Assembly (NCBI GenBank): GCA_963713605.1 | Contig: CAVQMO010000010.1 | Location: 192,001-256,000, forward strand | Source: an uncultured Nitrososphaerales archaeon | Lineage (GTDB): Archaea; Thermoproteota; Nitrososphaeria; Nitrososphaerales; Nitrososphaeraceae | Length of the DNA stretch: 64,000 nucleotides | Reading direction: 5' to 3' | Part shown: piece after piece, positions 11,913-23,906 of the stretch | How positions within the stretch are numbered: position 1 is the first letter of the stretch | Layout: the number at the start of each line of letters is the position of its first letter | Position numbers and translations under genes: made by a program | Notes under the pieces: model-generated | Told to the model about the DNA's origin: nothing | The model's database searches: none | What the model saw: only the letters and a program-made list of their open reading frames with translations

Positions 11913-13670
11913 ATGTGTGGATTTCCTCCAGAGAAAACAAGCGGAAGGATATCGCAAATGGCAGAGAATAAGAATAACTCTCAGAGGACAATTGTCTTCC
12001 AAGGAGGCGGTGCTCTTGGCGCATATGAAGCTGGTACATATCAACAGATCTATTTGAAAGCAAGAAAAGAAAGTCCAGACGGTAGATTGTTTGATATTGT
12101 TGCAGGGACTTCAATAGGAGCCATAAATTCTACTGTTTTGGTAGGACATTATCTTAAGAATAACAGTTGGGATGGCTCAGCTGAGAGACTTTTAGATTTT
12201 TGGGAAGGTCTTATGTGTCCCACGATAGCAGACAGTTTATTTGATAAAAAATCATTGGTCCGCATCTTTTGGGAAAACTTGCGTACATTCAACCGAGACG
12301 TAGCAGACCCAGAGAGTGCGCGTAAATTCTGGTCTATCTTTGAGTTTGCCTTTAGTCCACTAGGGGTCACCAACATGTACAAATCTATTCCACAAATGGG
12401 TTCGAAGTTCCTAAATCCTTTTACAGATTTCTTACCTTGGTGGAAGTACGATTTTACACCATTAAGGAATTATCTTACAAAGTTTGTCGATTTTCCTATC
12501 AAGACAAGCCCAGAGCTAGGACAACCAAGGTTGCTCCTTACTAGTGTTGATATCCAAGATTTTACTTCGCCTGTGGTATTTGATAGTTATGAAAAATTGC
12601 ATGACGCACATGTCAAACGAAATGAATCAGTTGACAGAAAAGAGGAGGAAAAAAACAACAGTGACCATGATGGCAAATGGTATTCTGAATATGGGAATCC
12701 TGAGAACAGACATATTGTTTTTTATGATGGCATAGGAGCAGATCAAGTGCTTGCCAGTGCTCTTGGTAAATATGCAATAGACCACCCTCATATTGAGGAT
12801 ATCAATACAGGAACCATACGGCAGTTATGGGATGGTGGCTATCTGAGCAATACACCGTTGCGTGAGCTCTTGACAGCGCACAGAAACTACTGGATGGAAT
12901 ATCTACGAAAGGATCGAAGAGGAGGCAATGAGTTGATTACTCAGACTCCCAAGCTTGAAGTATATATCGTTAACCTACATCCACTCACACCAAAGGATAT
13001 TCCACAAGATAAGGACCTCGTAGACGATAGGGAAAGTGATATCTTTTTTCATGACAGAACTGCATATGATGAACAGGTAGCATACGCGTTTACAGACTTT
13101 GTGAATATGACCCGTGATCTTATTGAACTCGCAAGGTCCAACGGCCTCTCTAACAAAGTTGATGAGATTTTAAATAGAAAAGCAAAAACGATAGCAAGGG
13201 TTGGCGAGTATAGATTTACTACAAATAGGGATCTCTTTCTAGGAAAACCTCGTATATCTAAGGTATGGCGTATTGACAGACTTGAGAGCTCTGATGCAAC
13301 ATTTGGCAAAGTAACAGATTTCACACCCTCCACTATTAGAAAGTTGATCCGAGCAGGACAATTTGATGCTAGGATATCAATCGACAGAATGGAGATTATC
13401 TTCGGCATAGAAGAGTTGATTTCTGAAGGTATTATGTCCATGGAAGAAGGCGACGAAATTATGAAAGAGGCTAGAGAAGTCATAACTACTGAACAATTGT
13501 TGTACAGAAAAAGAAAAGACGAAATAGAAAAGGCTTACAATGAATATGTGGAGCAGATTAATGCTAAGGATTTACCACCAGAATGCAAAGAGATATTGAT
13601 AAGCCCTGGAAGAGACATTGTTAGCTTAGTTTATGAAGTAAATAGGAGTAACAGCAGCAATAATGACTGA
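11913..13670 (+). CDS. Patatin-like phospholipase/esterase with C-terminal extension
   Basis: GGGALG, GTSIG and WDGGYLSNTP motifs. Paralogue of 6091-7269. Confidence 0.92.
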   Translation: MCGFPPEKTSGRISQMAENKNNSQRTIVFQGGGALGAYEAGTYQQIYLKARKESPDGRLFDIVAGTSIGAINSTVLVGHYLKNNSWDGSAERLLDFWEGLMCPTIADSLFDKKSLVRIFWENLRTFNRDVADPESARKFWSIFEFAFSPLGVTNMYKSIPQMGSKFLNPFTDFLPWWKYDFTPLRNYLTKFVDFPIKTSPELGQPRLLLTSVDIQDFTSPVVFDSYEKLHDAHVKRNESVDRKEEEKNNSDHDGKWYSEYGNPENRHIVFYDGIGADQVLASALGKYAIDHPHIEDINTGTIRQLWDGGYLSNTPLRELLTAHRNYWMEYLRKDRRGGNELITQTPKLEVYIVNLHPLTPKDIPQDKDLVDDRESDIFFHDRTAYDEQVAYAFTDFVNMTRDLIELARSNGLSNKVDEILNRKAKTIARVGEYRFTTNRDLFLGKPRISKVWRIDRLESSDATFGKVTDFTPSTIRKLIRAGQFDARISIDRMEIIFGIEELISEGIMSMEEGDEIMKEAREVITTEQLLYRKRKDEIEKAYNEYVEQINAKDLPPECKEILISPGRDIVSLVYEVNRSNSSNND

Positions 13671-13789
13671 CAACGCATATGCAACCAAATACATGGGTAA
13701 GAACCAAGAATCTCACAAGCAGATGCCTGAAGAGATTTCTCGGTAATCTGTTAGACGAGGCACGTGAAAAAGCTGAAAGAGATTGAGAA

Positions 13790-14003
13790 ATGAGTCTAGT
13801 GAAGACGTTAGATGATGCATGGAATAGCCAAGATTGTGATACAGTCGCCAAGCGTTATACTAGGGATCATAGTTAGGTGGCCAGCTCCAATCTGAAACAA
13901 CGAAAGGTTTGGATGCACATTGAAACTAATGCGTAGGTATGTTCAAAACATTTCCCGATAACCATGCCCAGAACGACTCATATAAGATGCTATTTGGTCA
14001 ATG
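13790..14003 (+). pseudogene. SnoaL-like/ester cyclase family remnant
   Basis: MSLVKTLDDAWNSQDCD...TKGLDAH...MFKTFPDNHAQNDSYKMLFGQ across stops and frameshifts. Confidence 0.65.
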
Positions 14004-14750
14004 AGAGCAATCGAAAGACATCCCCCACCAGTATTTGCGGGAATAGAGGAACGATTTGAGGTGCGTCATACTGCATATATTTGACGCATATCTACAATTA
14101 ACGCATAATACTTGTATTCTATACAACAGTTATTCCATGTGGACCAAATTCAAATTCAAATCCGCAGAATTGAGGAAGTCTAGACCTTGTGTTCTGTAGC
14201 CTAACTGGCTGAAAGTGGTATAATTAACCTTTTGATACTTATCTACCAGTTGTCAAAAGAATGATCGATTCATTTCGGATAATGGCGAACGACTCTATGA
14301 GGTAATATTTCAGGAAGGAACCAAACTGGGCCAGAGTTTTGATTCCATGAACACTATTCTGAAGGGTAAGATACCCCATGAGGAAGTCGTTCTGCAAGTT
14401 TCTTATGCCATGTCCTAAAATTCACGGTAGTAATTAAGGGACGTCTGCATTCTGTTGCTAACAATAATTGTTCTCGTATCTTTTCGTCCACCAGATTATA
14501 ACGAATTGTCTCACCGTAGTCTTTACTCAATTGTGTAATGAGAACTGCTTTGGTCTATGTAACAACGACAAATGTGATATTTACTAATGAGTTGGTGTAT
14601 TTGTTTCCGTACGTCTTTCATTAAAATGCCCCTGTACCGAAACTTTCTAGTCAGATATATGTCCAGTATATAACGCAGCAAACTGTACACATGGAACTTA
14701 AATACACCAAACTCGTATAGTACAATGAAAGGAGAATTTTAGAAGCACAT

Positions 14751-14894
14751 ATGTATGAGGTAACGTGTTTACCTTGCGGAATTCGAGAACGTTTTGACGA
14801 CGAGGAAGAAGCAATCATGTATGCGTATTACCACGAGAGGGTATCAACTCATAGTACTTCGAGTGGATATTTTGTAAGTGTAAATAAAGTCTAG
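14751..14894 (+). CDS. 47-aa CxxC...H...H zinc-finger-like microprotein (below ORF-track cutoff)
   Basis: MYEVTCLPCGIRERFDDEEEAIMYAYYHERVSTHS...*. Confidence 0.6.
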   Translation: MYEVTCLPCGIRERFDDEEEAIMYAYYHERVSTHSTSSGYFVSVNKV

Positions 14895-15229
14895 CCAGAC
14901 AGACCTTCGTGTATTTTCTTTCCTACGGTCTTGTTCTTGCCTATACTTCTCTATATCTGGTTTTAAATGAATAGGCCAACCTGGGTGTTTCTGTACTCCA
15001 TGTCTTTCCAGCGTCTTCACTATTGAATTCGACTTTACCACTATCGGCTAGATCGGTTTTTGAGCTCAAGTCGAACTCAAGTCCGACTGGATCCAACTAA
15101 TATCAAAGATGGATGTATAAAATGATTTAGGTGGTTCGTAGTAGCCAGAAGTTATATTATATTTAAAGTCTAAGAATCGACTCCTCAACCATTAAATAAA
15201 GCGAATAAACATACCAAGTTTTACTTGAT

Positions 15230-16256
15230 ATGAAAGATGAAATAAGAACTAATTTACCACTAGGTATGCATGGATCAGTTTTTAGATCTGCATTAATTTT
15301 TGTCCTATTTTCTGCTGTTACTTTTGCATTTATATACCCGAAGTCTGCTAATGCCGATGGCCTATTTCAGGAACAACTTTCAGCATCATTTGGAGATAGA
15401 ACGACAGATCTGATAATAAAAATGATGCCTCCAGTAGTTACAACCGAAACATTAGAGAACCAAAGTCAAAAGCCAATCATTCAGTTTAAGCTATATGATC
15501 CTACTACCAAAGAAGGATTTAAACACGTAACTTACTATATTACGATTGAGAAAGACGGCAAAAAACTGGTTTCTGATTGGTTTCATGATCATAAAGGAGA
15601 TTTGAAAATAGAGATGAAACCAAGTGATGCAGAGAGCATAACAGTTTATGGGGAGCCAGAATCCTATTCTACAGGCATTCACAGGAACCGACAGAAATCC
15701 GGTAATCGCAACAGGTCCTATATTCTCTGAGGGAGGTTTGTATCATTTCCTAGTGAGAGTAACAACAATTGATTTCGATAGGTCAATAATTCCAGATGCT
15801 AAACAGCCAGAATATGATGGGTGGTTAAGTATAGGAGCTGTAAATAATCAGCAAGTATCATTGGATGGTGATGGCAGTAAGAAACCAATCCCAGTTCAGA
15901 TTATCTCATATTATGATGAACTGAAAGATTTCAGTTTTGATCCAGGTACAAAGGAAATGCAATTTACCATGCCTTTTGATTGGAATGTAACAAGGTTAGA
16001 GGCCAACAAGATAATGGTTCATCAAGAGGTCAATCTTCCGAAGCCATCTGAGCTTTCCTCTGAATCGTACGTTGGAACCATAAATGGTATGAATGTTACA
16101 AAAAATCTAATGATAGATCCCACCAATACAGTACCAAGGATGTAGTTCACTTTATGATACCAAAACCAGTTGTAATGGAGATTGCGCAACAAGTTACCAA
16201 GAGCGGACAGATGGGAGATGGATTAATGAAATTTACTCTAAAGCCTACAGTTTAAT
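15230..16256 (+). pseudogene. Secreted/surface protein of a thaumarchaeal family, frameshifted and probably truncated
   Basis: Signal peptide followed by HVTYYITIEKDGKKLVSDWFHDHKGDL, GPIFSEGGLYHF, ISYYD and FTMPFDWN in successive frames, then KDVVHFMIPK in a third frame. Confidence 0.7.
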
Positions 16257-16539
16257 TAGAAATTCTTTTTTCCTCTTAATAGATGGAGCAAGAGATGTGC
16301 ATCCACTCAAGTACATTTTGGTTCATCAAAGCCCATTACTACTGAAAATAGGATTGACTATTACAAACGGTACCTTAAAGAAGATATTCTCAATGACATA
16401 GAAAGGCTTACTTTTGAAAATAAGAAAGAATGGATCCCGATTTCGGGGAATGCTGGAGGTGTCATTGTACCAAAAGCTTGAATAAGGTTTTCCGACGTCT
16501 CAACCATACTCCCCATTGTTTCCACCGAGTTGTTCGCGC

Positions 16540-16724
16540 CTGGATCCCCGATGAGCAGTGCGCCTTGTGAACTACGCTGGGCATCAAAACTCGCACGCGT
16601 CATTCTGGGCCATCCACGTTCCTTCCCAATCTCGGTCATGGTATGTGCATAACCTGGAAAGAAGTCATCGACTGTCTCTTGCGTACTTTCTGCGATGTAG
16701 CCTAGCGAATGAATGCCTACTTTC
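16540..16724 (-). repeat. Partial copy of the LLM gene interior (17522-17706)
   Basis: 16540-16660 is identical to 17522-17642. The remaining ~64 bp are diverged. Confidence 0.95.
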
Positions 16725-16905
16725 GATTCTAATAATGAAGAAGAAATTATTATTCGGTTATTTCTAGGTAGAATTTGGCTACTAGCTCGGACTCCCCAGC
16801 TTTACACTTGACTGTAAATAATTATGTCTGCTGGTGTCATCTCTTCAAGCGCATATTAAAGCTTAAACTTCTAGCTTCTAATCCATGTGCTTTGACGGTT
16901 TGACC

Positions 16906-17265
16906 TTATTGTATTTTAGTAGATGCCATTCTAGGGGATTTCCAACGCTGAGCCCATTCTCCTAGATCTTTAAGTATTATTCCCAGTTCCCTTGCCCTAG
17001 CAGTCAACCGGTATTCTACTTTAGGTGGTATCTCAGGATAGATTTTCTTTGAAATAAGGCCTTCACGCTCCATCTCCAATAACCTAGTCGCTAACACTGT
17101 ACTACTAATTCCAAATAATGCCCTTTTAAGTTCACTAAAGCGTATGGCTTCCTTTGTGTGGAGGTTCTTTAATATCAACAAAGCCCATCTTCTTCCCAAC
17201 ACCTCCCATATGTTGCCAATTGCTGTGCATTTTTGTTCTTCTTCTTCCGCTCCTTTTTGTTCCAT
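16906..17265 (-). CDS. HxlR-family winged-helix transcription regulator
   Basis: LGRRWALLIL, RFSELKRAL.GISSTVLATRL, YPEIPPKVEYRLT. Confidence 0.93.
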   Translation of the reverse strand: MEQKGAEEEEQKCTAIGNIWEVLGRRWALLILKNLHTKEAIRFSELKRALFGISSTVLATRLLEMEREGLISKKIYPEIPPKVEYRLTARARELGIILKDLGEWAQRWKSPRMASTKIQ

Positions 17266-17339
17266 CTCGGTTTCATATTATAACTAAGTATTTAAATAAT
17301 ACTAACCAAATTTAAACTACCTCGACAGACAAGTAATGA

Positions 17340-18383
17340 CTACATTAACTCGATGTAGCTTTCATTCACTTTACGAAGTGTAGGAGCGACGCGTGTACCT
17401 ATTAATTCGGTAGCTTGCATCAGCTTTTCGTGAGGCAATGAGGCAGGGTTCATCATAAAAGTGATTCGGGAGACGCCGCCAAGTGCTTTGCTGTGTCTAA
17501 TGATCTTCTCGACTACCTCATCTGGATCCCCGATGAGCAGTGCGCCTTGTGAACTACGCTGGGCATCAAAACTCGCACGCGTCATTCTGGGCCATCCACG
17601 TTCCTTCCCAATCTCGGTCATGGTATGTGCATAACCTGGAAAAAAGTCTTCGACTGCCTCCTGTGTACTCTTAGCGACATAACCTAGCGAATGTACACCT
17701 ACTTTCAATTGATCAGCTGAATGACCAGCTTGCCTTCCAGCCTCTCTATAGAGATCTATAAGTGGCCGGAACCTGTGTGTTTCGCCACCTATAATCGCAA
17801 CCATCAATGGAAGTCCTAGGAGACCTGCACGGACGAATGATTCTGGGGTTCCGCCAACGCCTATCCATATCGGAAAAGGATTTTGTAAGGGTCTTGGATA
17901 GACTCCCTGGCCACTCAGTCTCGGCCGATATTTGCCAGACCAATGCACATGCTCATTATCACGAATCTTTAGTAGTAAATCGAGCTTCTCTGTAAAAAGA
18001 GAATCATAGTCTTCCAACCTAAATCCGAACAGAGGAAATGCTTCAATAGATGAGCCGCGGCCAACAACCATTTCAGCCCGACCTTGTGATAGAAGATCCA
18101 AGGTTGCGAATTCTTGAAACACCCTTACTGGGTCGGCAGCACTTAATACAGTTACAGCACTGGTAAGTCGTATATGTTTAGTTCGTGCTGCTGCCGCGGC
18201 TAGGACGACAGCAGGAGCTGAATCTAGGAATTCTCGACGATGATGTTCGCCGACACCAAACACATCTAGCCCAATTTGATCGGCATATTCAATTTGTTCT
18301 ACCAATCTTTGCAAACGCTCAGATGGGCTGATTTGGAGGCCAGCGTCATCCCACGCGGCAAAGCTATCAATTCCTACTTGCAT
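17340..18383 (-). CDS. LLM-class (luciferase-like) flavin-dependent oxidoreductase
   Basis: GVGEHHR, IRLTSAVTVLSAADPVRVFQEFATLD, GRGS.IEAFPLFG. Confidence 0.95.
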   Translation of the reverse strand: MQVGIDSFAAWDDAGLQISPSERLQRLVEQIEYADQIGLDVFGVGEHHRREFLDSAPAVVLAAAAARTKHIRLTSAVTVLSAADPVRVFQEFATLDLLSQGRAEMVVGRGSSIEAFPLFGFRLEDYDSLFTEKLDLLLKIRDNEHVHWSGKYRPRLSGQGVYPRPLQNPFPIWIGVGGTPESFVRAGLLGLPLMVAIIGGETHRFRPLIDLYREAGRQAGHSADQLKVGVHSLGYVAKSTQEAVEDFFPGYAHTMTEIGKERGWPRMTRASFDAQRSSQGALLIGDPDEVVEKIIRHSKALGGVSRITFMMNPASLPHEKLMQATELIGTRVAPTLRKVNESYIELM

Positions 18384-18909
18384 AATATACTACTAGGTAA
18401 ACCGATTATTTAACTAGAGTAGTGATTACTAACTTAGTCGGTAAGAAATATCGTATCTAGTAAGTGGAAACTTATCGGCATCTCCACTCTAGGCTCAAAA
18501 ATGGAAAATAAATTAAAAATGATGATCGTTCGCTGGCTTCTTTACAATTGAGACTTAATGTCAATTTTCGTATTATTGCTTAATGTTGGCCTCAGAAATC
18601 AGTGCACAAATACAAAACTAGAGGCGGTGTAAAATAGCAGAATAGAAACCTATCAACTACATACATTTTAACAAGAAGCTACACCTCCCACGGGAGTACA
18701 CTAATCCATCAAAGCGGGAGAATAATTCCATAACCTCATTACCTTACACCTAGGACATTCTATTATCATATCTAGCGCAGATATCTGCTTTGTACTTTGC
18801 TCTCGTTAGCTAGATTCTTCTATTATTTCGAGAATTTGATTTTCAGGCTCAGCTTCTAAAAATAAAAAGAGTGAGGTTTCGGTGTTCTACAGAACCTATA
18901 TTATTTTAC

Positions 18910-19176
18910 TTAATCCCCGTTACCGTCGTCGCCAATTGATGGGAATACTTGATCTGCTGCTAATGCTACTCCGTTCTCGTCACCTTGAATCTGTGAGGCG
19001 ACGTTTTGACATCCTACATTCAATGGTAGTTCACCATTTCCACAAGCATTTGCTTGTGAGAGTGCTTGATTCTTACCCTTGTATTTTGTTGCATATGCGC
19101 TGTCGGCTGTAATTACTGCTGTTCCCACTAATGTTGCTGCTATTACCGCTACTATTGCGATATATTTGAAATTCAT
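18910..19176 (-). CDS. Small secreted Gln/Asn-rich protein with a Cys pair
   Basis: Signal peptide then NQALSQANACGNGELPLNVGCQNVASQIQGDEN. Confidence 0.8.
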   Translation of the reverse strand: MNFKYIAIVAVIAATLVGTAVITADSAYATKYKGKNQALSQANACGNGELPLNVGCQNVASQIQGDENGVALAADQVFPSIGDDGNGD

Positions 19177-19396
19177 GTTTCTAAGAGGTGGTGAACATGC
19201 TATGCTTATGTGAATTAAGCAAAATCAGACAATTACATAAATCTGATATTTATTCTATTAGAACAAATATAGGGGGCATATAAACAAAATAACTGATAGG
19301 ATAGAAATTTCAGTATGACCATCTACTATCTCTTTTTCAGTACCAATCTGGTCTATGTTCGATTATTTCGATTTCATTTGGCATTAGATCTCCTAT

Positions 19397-19657
19397 TCAA
19401 CCCAGCGGATGACGTGGATAAGTTGGTACAATAGATGTTCCTAGGTTTACTGTAGATGTTTTTGCTGCTGCAAATGTAGTTAATGCATCTGGTAGATTAG
19501 GTGGCTGCGACATACATTTCTGCCGAATTCCAGCATCTTCTACTGCGACAATAGTTTTGACCGCAGCTGCCGCATTAGCACTATAGAAGATGAGTCCAAC
19601 TCGTTTTCGTATTGGACGAGAACTGGAGACGACCTGAGGGTTCTCACTATTAGTCAT
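19397..19657 (-). pseudogene. LLM-class oxidoreductase N-terminal fragment
   Basis: DALTTFAAA..STVNLGTSIVPTYPRHP followed by a premature end. Confidence 0.8.
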
Positions 19658-19839
19658 AGAATCATCTCGAGATAAATCCCCATATCTTGTAAAAGTAGGA
19701 TTTCAAGGTAAGATTCACTCAAAATTATTATAGTAATTTTCTAACGACATGTTTGTGCTTGTTATTACCCGTAATAATAATAAAAATGAGATTCAGTATA
19801 GAATAGTTATCTGATTAATCTTGATTAACCAAAAAATAC

Positions 19840-20283
19840 TTGTTAATAGAATATAGCTCGCAAATAAACATGTTCCAAACTCACTACATAAAGTACGGTA
19901 CAATTTCGGGATTTTTGGTACTATGTGCTATCATGCTAAGCACTACTGAAGATAGTCAGAGACTCGTTTATGCACAGATAACTCCGGCGCCAGAAAAAGC
20001 TGGCGGGAGCTCTTCGGATACTGATGGAAGTAACAACAATGATGATTCTTCTGACTCGTCAAACGGTTCTAATGATTCAGAGGATTCATCGCCGAGTGAA
20101 GATTCTAGTGACACATCAGATGCAGATGACAACAATGGTGAAGGACAGGAAACTACTGAAGTTCAAGATAGTGATATGACGACGTCAGAAGAAGAAGAGG
20201 CCAATCCATTATTAGAAGCTATAGTGAACAAAGTCAGTGATGAATTATATGCAGCTGGAATCCCTAATCTAGGAGTTCAATAG
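19840..20283 (+). CDS. Secreted/membrane-anchored Ser/Asp-rich low-complexity protein
   Basis: Hydrophobic N-terminus, acidic linker and a poly-T tract after the stop. Confidence 0.7.
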   Translation: MLIEYSSQINMFQTHYIKYGTISGFLVLCAIMLSTTEDSQRLVYAQITPAPEKAGGSSSDTDGSNNNDDSSDSSNGSNDSEDSSPSEDSSDTSDADDNNGEGQETTEVQDSDMTTSEEEEANPLLEAIVNKVSDELYAAGIPNLGVQ

Positions 20284-20648
20284 ATTCCCTATTTTTTTGT
20301 TAATTAGTCTAACCCTATTCTATTGAGTGACCTCACATAAATTGAAAATATTGAATGATGCAGGAATCAAAAGACTCTAGATTCCCAACTAACAAGATTA
20401 ACATAAAAAGATCGCCTTCGTCAGAACTTATGATAAGGTAAACATACTTAAATGTTGAGGAAGAGCTTTGAAGTTCTGTATTGATGTATTATTTGGGACA
20501 GGAGGAAAGAAACACAAATTTAATATGGACTTACCACTTGGCCACAGAAATACTTTATTAATAGAATCAGATAACCAAATAGACTCAAATATTTGACGGC
20601 CTATGTGAAATGCCTAAGAATGGGTCATCAGACCTTGATACAGGCCAG

Positions 20649-23299
20649 CTAAACAAGAGGCTTATCTTCAGGAACATGTTCTCCGATTATAGTTTTCTCC
20701 CCAGCAATAATATTATTCAAAATTTCTAGTCCTGCATTCTTGTGCAGGTATTCGTTATTGTTTCCACACTTATACGAAAAGGTACATCTTGGGCAACCAC
20801 TTTCATTCCTACACGGACACTCTGATAATACTCTTTGGGCTCTTATCATTGCTTTATCTAGCTTTTCATACAATGTCCTACTCGCACCATTTCCGCCTAT
20901 GCTGCCATCATAAATAAAAATTAGACCAGTCGAACCAATTGAAATACCACCCATGTCTTGTGACGAACCGCCGGTTATCATGATACTTCCTTCTATTATG
21001 ACATGTTCTGTAGCATGGTATCCACTCATTTCAAGATAATCGTCATCCATAGCAGATTCTCCAACATTCTTAGGTTTTGGGGCACGGAAAACTAATCCTT
21101 TTGTAATGAATTTGAACTCTAATGGACTTTCAAGGTATATTCTTGTCCCTTGAGTAACTTCTTTACCTAATTCTATATTCGAGTAACCTGACACCTTCTT
21201 TAAAATCTCCAGCGAACAGTATCTGACCTCCATTCCAAATAAGGTCTTTTGCTCATGAACTTCTAGAATGGTTGGCCACTCATCAACAATTGCCTTTGTA
21301 TAGTATGGATAGTCTCCAGGTATAGCCGCTAACTTTGCGTATGACCCTTTCTCTAGCCTGTTATCTGGATTCTCGAGGTATAGTTTGACAACTTTGTACC
21401 TCTTCCCTCCAAGGAAATATACCGCCTGGTCATGCAACTCTTCTATTGCCTGTGGCATTTGTCGTTCACCAATTTTTTTCTCATTAAAAATTATGTCAAC
21501 TCTAGATCCAATACCTCTAATACTAAAGTTCCATAGTACATTCATTGCTTTGTTAAATTCAGGAACAAACTTTCCTCTTGAGACTTGAACCAATCCGACC
21601 GAAATTAATTTTTGGAGAGTATTCCATAATGGGGATGATTCATTCATTGAGATTGGTTTGTCACATGCCATAGCAAGAACTTGATATTCTTCTACAAAGG
21701 AATTAGTTGGGTCAGTATATGCTATCTCTTGATCTTGTAGATAATCTTCTGGATGGAGCTTATAATATTGACTAATTGGATCGTTACCAAATGCAAGAAA
21801 CGCATATCCTTCTTGTCCATTTCTTGCCGCTCTACCCAACCTTTGAATAAGCCGATTCACTGGGACGATGTCAGATATGATGGCATCTACATCTCCTATG
21901 TCTATCCCAAGCTCTAATGTAGGAGTTGCCGAAATTGCAAGCACCTTATTATTTCTAAATAGATCTTCAACTGATTTACGTTCCGATGGTAGCAAACCTG
22001 CTCTGTGAACTCGTATGTGGTTTCCTTGTTTGGCTGAATAGAATGCCAAAAGTTCTGATCCTAGATGTGACTTGCTGAAAGCTATAGTTTTATGATTCGT
22101 TGTGATCAATCTCTTTAATATATCAAGCATCAGAGATCTCTGCGAATGTAATGATGGAAATATGATTACTAGATTGATTTTACCCTTTCTACCTTTGCCA
22201 TAAATTATACTTAGATCCCTCCCAAAGAGGGAACTACAGAATTCATGTGCATTTGATAGGGTGGCAGAAGGCAGCAATGATCTGAAGTTTCTGCTTTGTA
22301 GCGCTTGATGTCATTCTCTCGAGTCTTTTTATGATATAATGAACATTGGCCCCAAATACTCCAGTATATACGTGAGCTTCATCTACAACCAGAAATTTGC
22401 AAGTCCTTAATAGGCGGGAGAAACTTGTCTTATGGAGAAGATGGTAATGGATTACATCAAAGTTGGTGATTATGATCTCCGGGATCAGCTCCCTCGTAAT
22501 TAGTTCCCTTTCAGATTTTGAAGTATCTCCGTCAAATATACCTACATTTAGGCCCACTGAACCAGCAATTTGCATTATTTTTGGAAGTTGATCCCTTGCC
22601 AATGCCTTGGTAGGATATACAAATACAGCAAACACCTTTCGTCTATTTAGTTTTGTTTCTGGTCTAAGAGATGAAAAATGTGCTCGCTTCAACTGAAATT
22701 CTCTGTACTATGGGAATACAAAAGGCCTCAGTTTTACCGGACGCGGTCGGCGCAACAATAACCACATCCCTTCCCTCTAGTATTTGGAGAATTGATTCCT
22801 CCTGGAACTTGTAAAGTCTTTGAATATTTCGCTGGTATAGACTAGTGACGATTCCCTCATCGATGTTAAGGAATTTAAATTCACGACCAGCTTCTGGCTC
22901 AGGTTCTTCTAGGATTATAAAATCAACTATATAATCTCTCTTTGACCTCAATACGTTTTCAAGTAATTTATTGCCCACCGCATCATTTTTACGGATTAAC
23001 TCTTTTATCTCAGATAATGGGCGTACGAGTCTTTCTTGCTCTATTACCGACTCCAAATCTTGTACTTGGTCAACGTGTCCATTATCATACATAGAAAGAA
23101 ATTCCAAATAAGCTTCGTCCTGTTCAGCCATAGATGGAACGATACCACATATGCTACATTTGGAGCAAGCAAAGATCAATCGACCATTATAAATCGTATT
23201 AGCATTAATAGAATTAACGTCATTACATTTAGGACACCTATAACCGATAGACACATATTGAACATGCACTCCCAAGATATATCTCTTCTCAATATGCAC
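20649..23299 (-). CDS. Hrq/YprA-type DEAH helicase with C-terminal Zn domain (DUF1998-like), split by two frameshifts
   Basis: APTASGKT, YPTKALARDQ, VDEAH, SAT, TPTLELGIDIGD, QRLGRAAR and CPC..ESGCPRC over three ORFs. Confidence 0.92.
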
Positions 23300-23906
23300 T
23301 AAATGCAGAGATAACCTACATGTCGTATACTAATACCAACCTTATTTGTTAAGGTTAATTATTCATTCCAATTGGTCGCTTTTTGGGTAAGGGTAAACTT
23401 TGTTTCCTTTTATATCATTTAGTTACTTATACACAGATTTTGAAGTAAGAAGACAAGGCTAGAAATAACTGGAAAAGAGGAGCTTCTCTGAGGCGAATGA
23501 GTGAGAAAAAAATCATGAATGAAACAATCGTGCACATGTTTGAATTTCATGCAATAGATCCAGAAGAGATGACTTCAGAGATGAAATCGAGAATAAAATA
23601 AAATATAAGAGCATCTGGCGTCAAGATGCGAGTCCACCATACGCTGCAATAATTATTCTAAGTTTCTGGGTTTTTCATAATCAACCAGTTCTGGTGAAAG
23701 TAACGTACTGGAGTTTTCAATAAATAATACTCGATGGTATATGATTTTCCCTTTGCTTTAAAAAATGAAAACAGAGTACGATATGCGAGTGTTGTCGAGA
23801 GAAGTGTACCTAAATAAGAAGCTGGTCTTACGGCTTAAGAACGATTTATGAGTTTCTGATAATTAGTTCCGTTTCGTTGTGGTTCAGATACTTGGATCCT
23901 CTGAAA

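Noticed and set aside
6091..13670. Patatins as CBASS/anti-phage effectors
   Set aside because: No CD-NTase or other defence gene is nearby, and the neighbours are metabolic.
16361..16639. 92-aa LLM-like ORF
   Set aside because: It is a chimera of the duplicated LLM segment and unrelated sequence.
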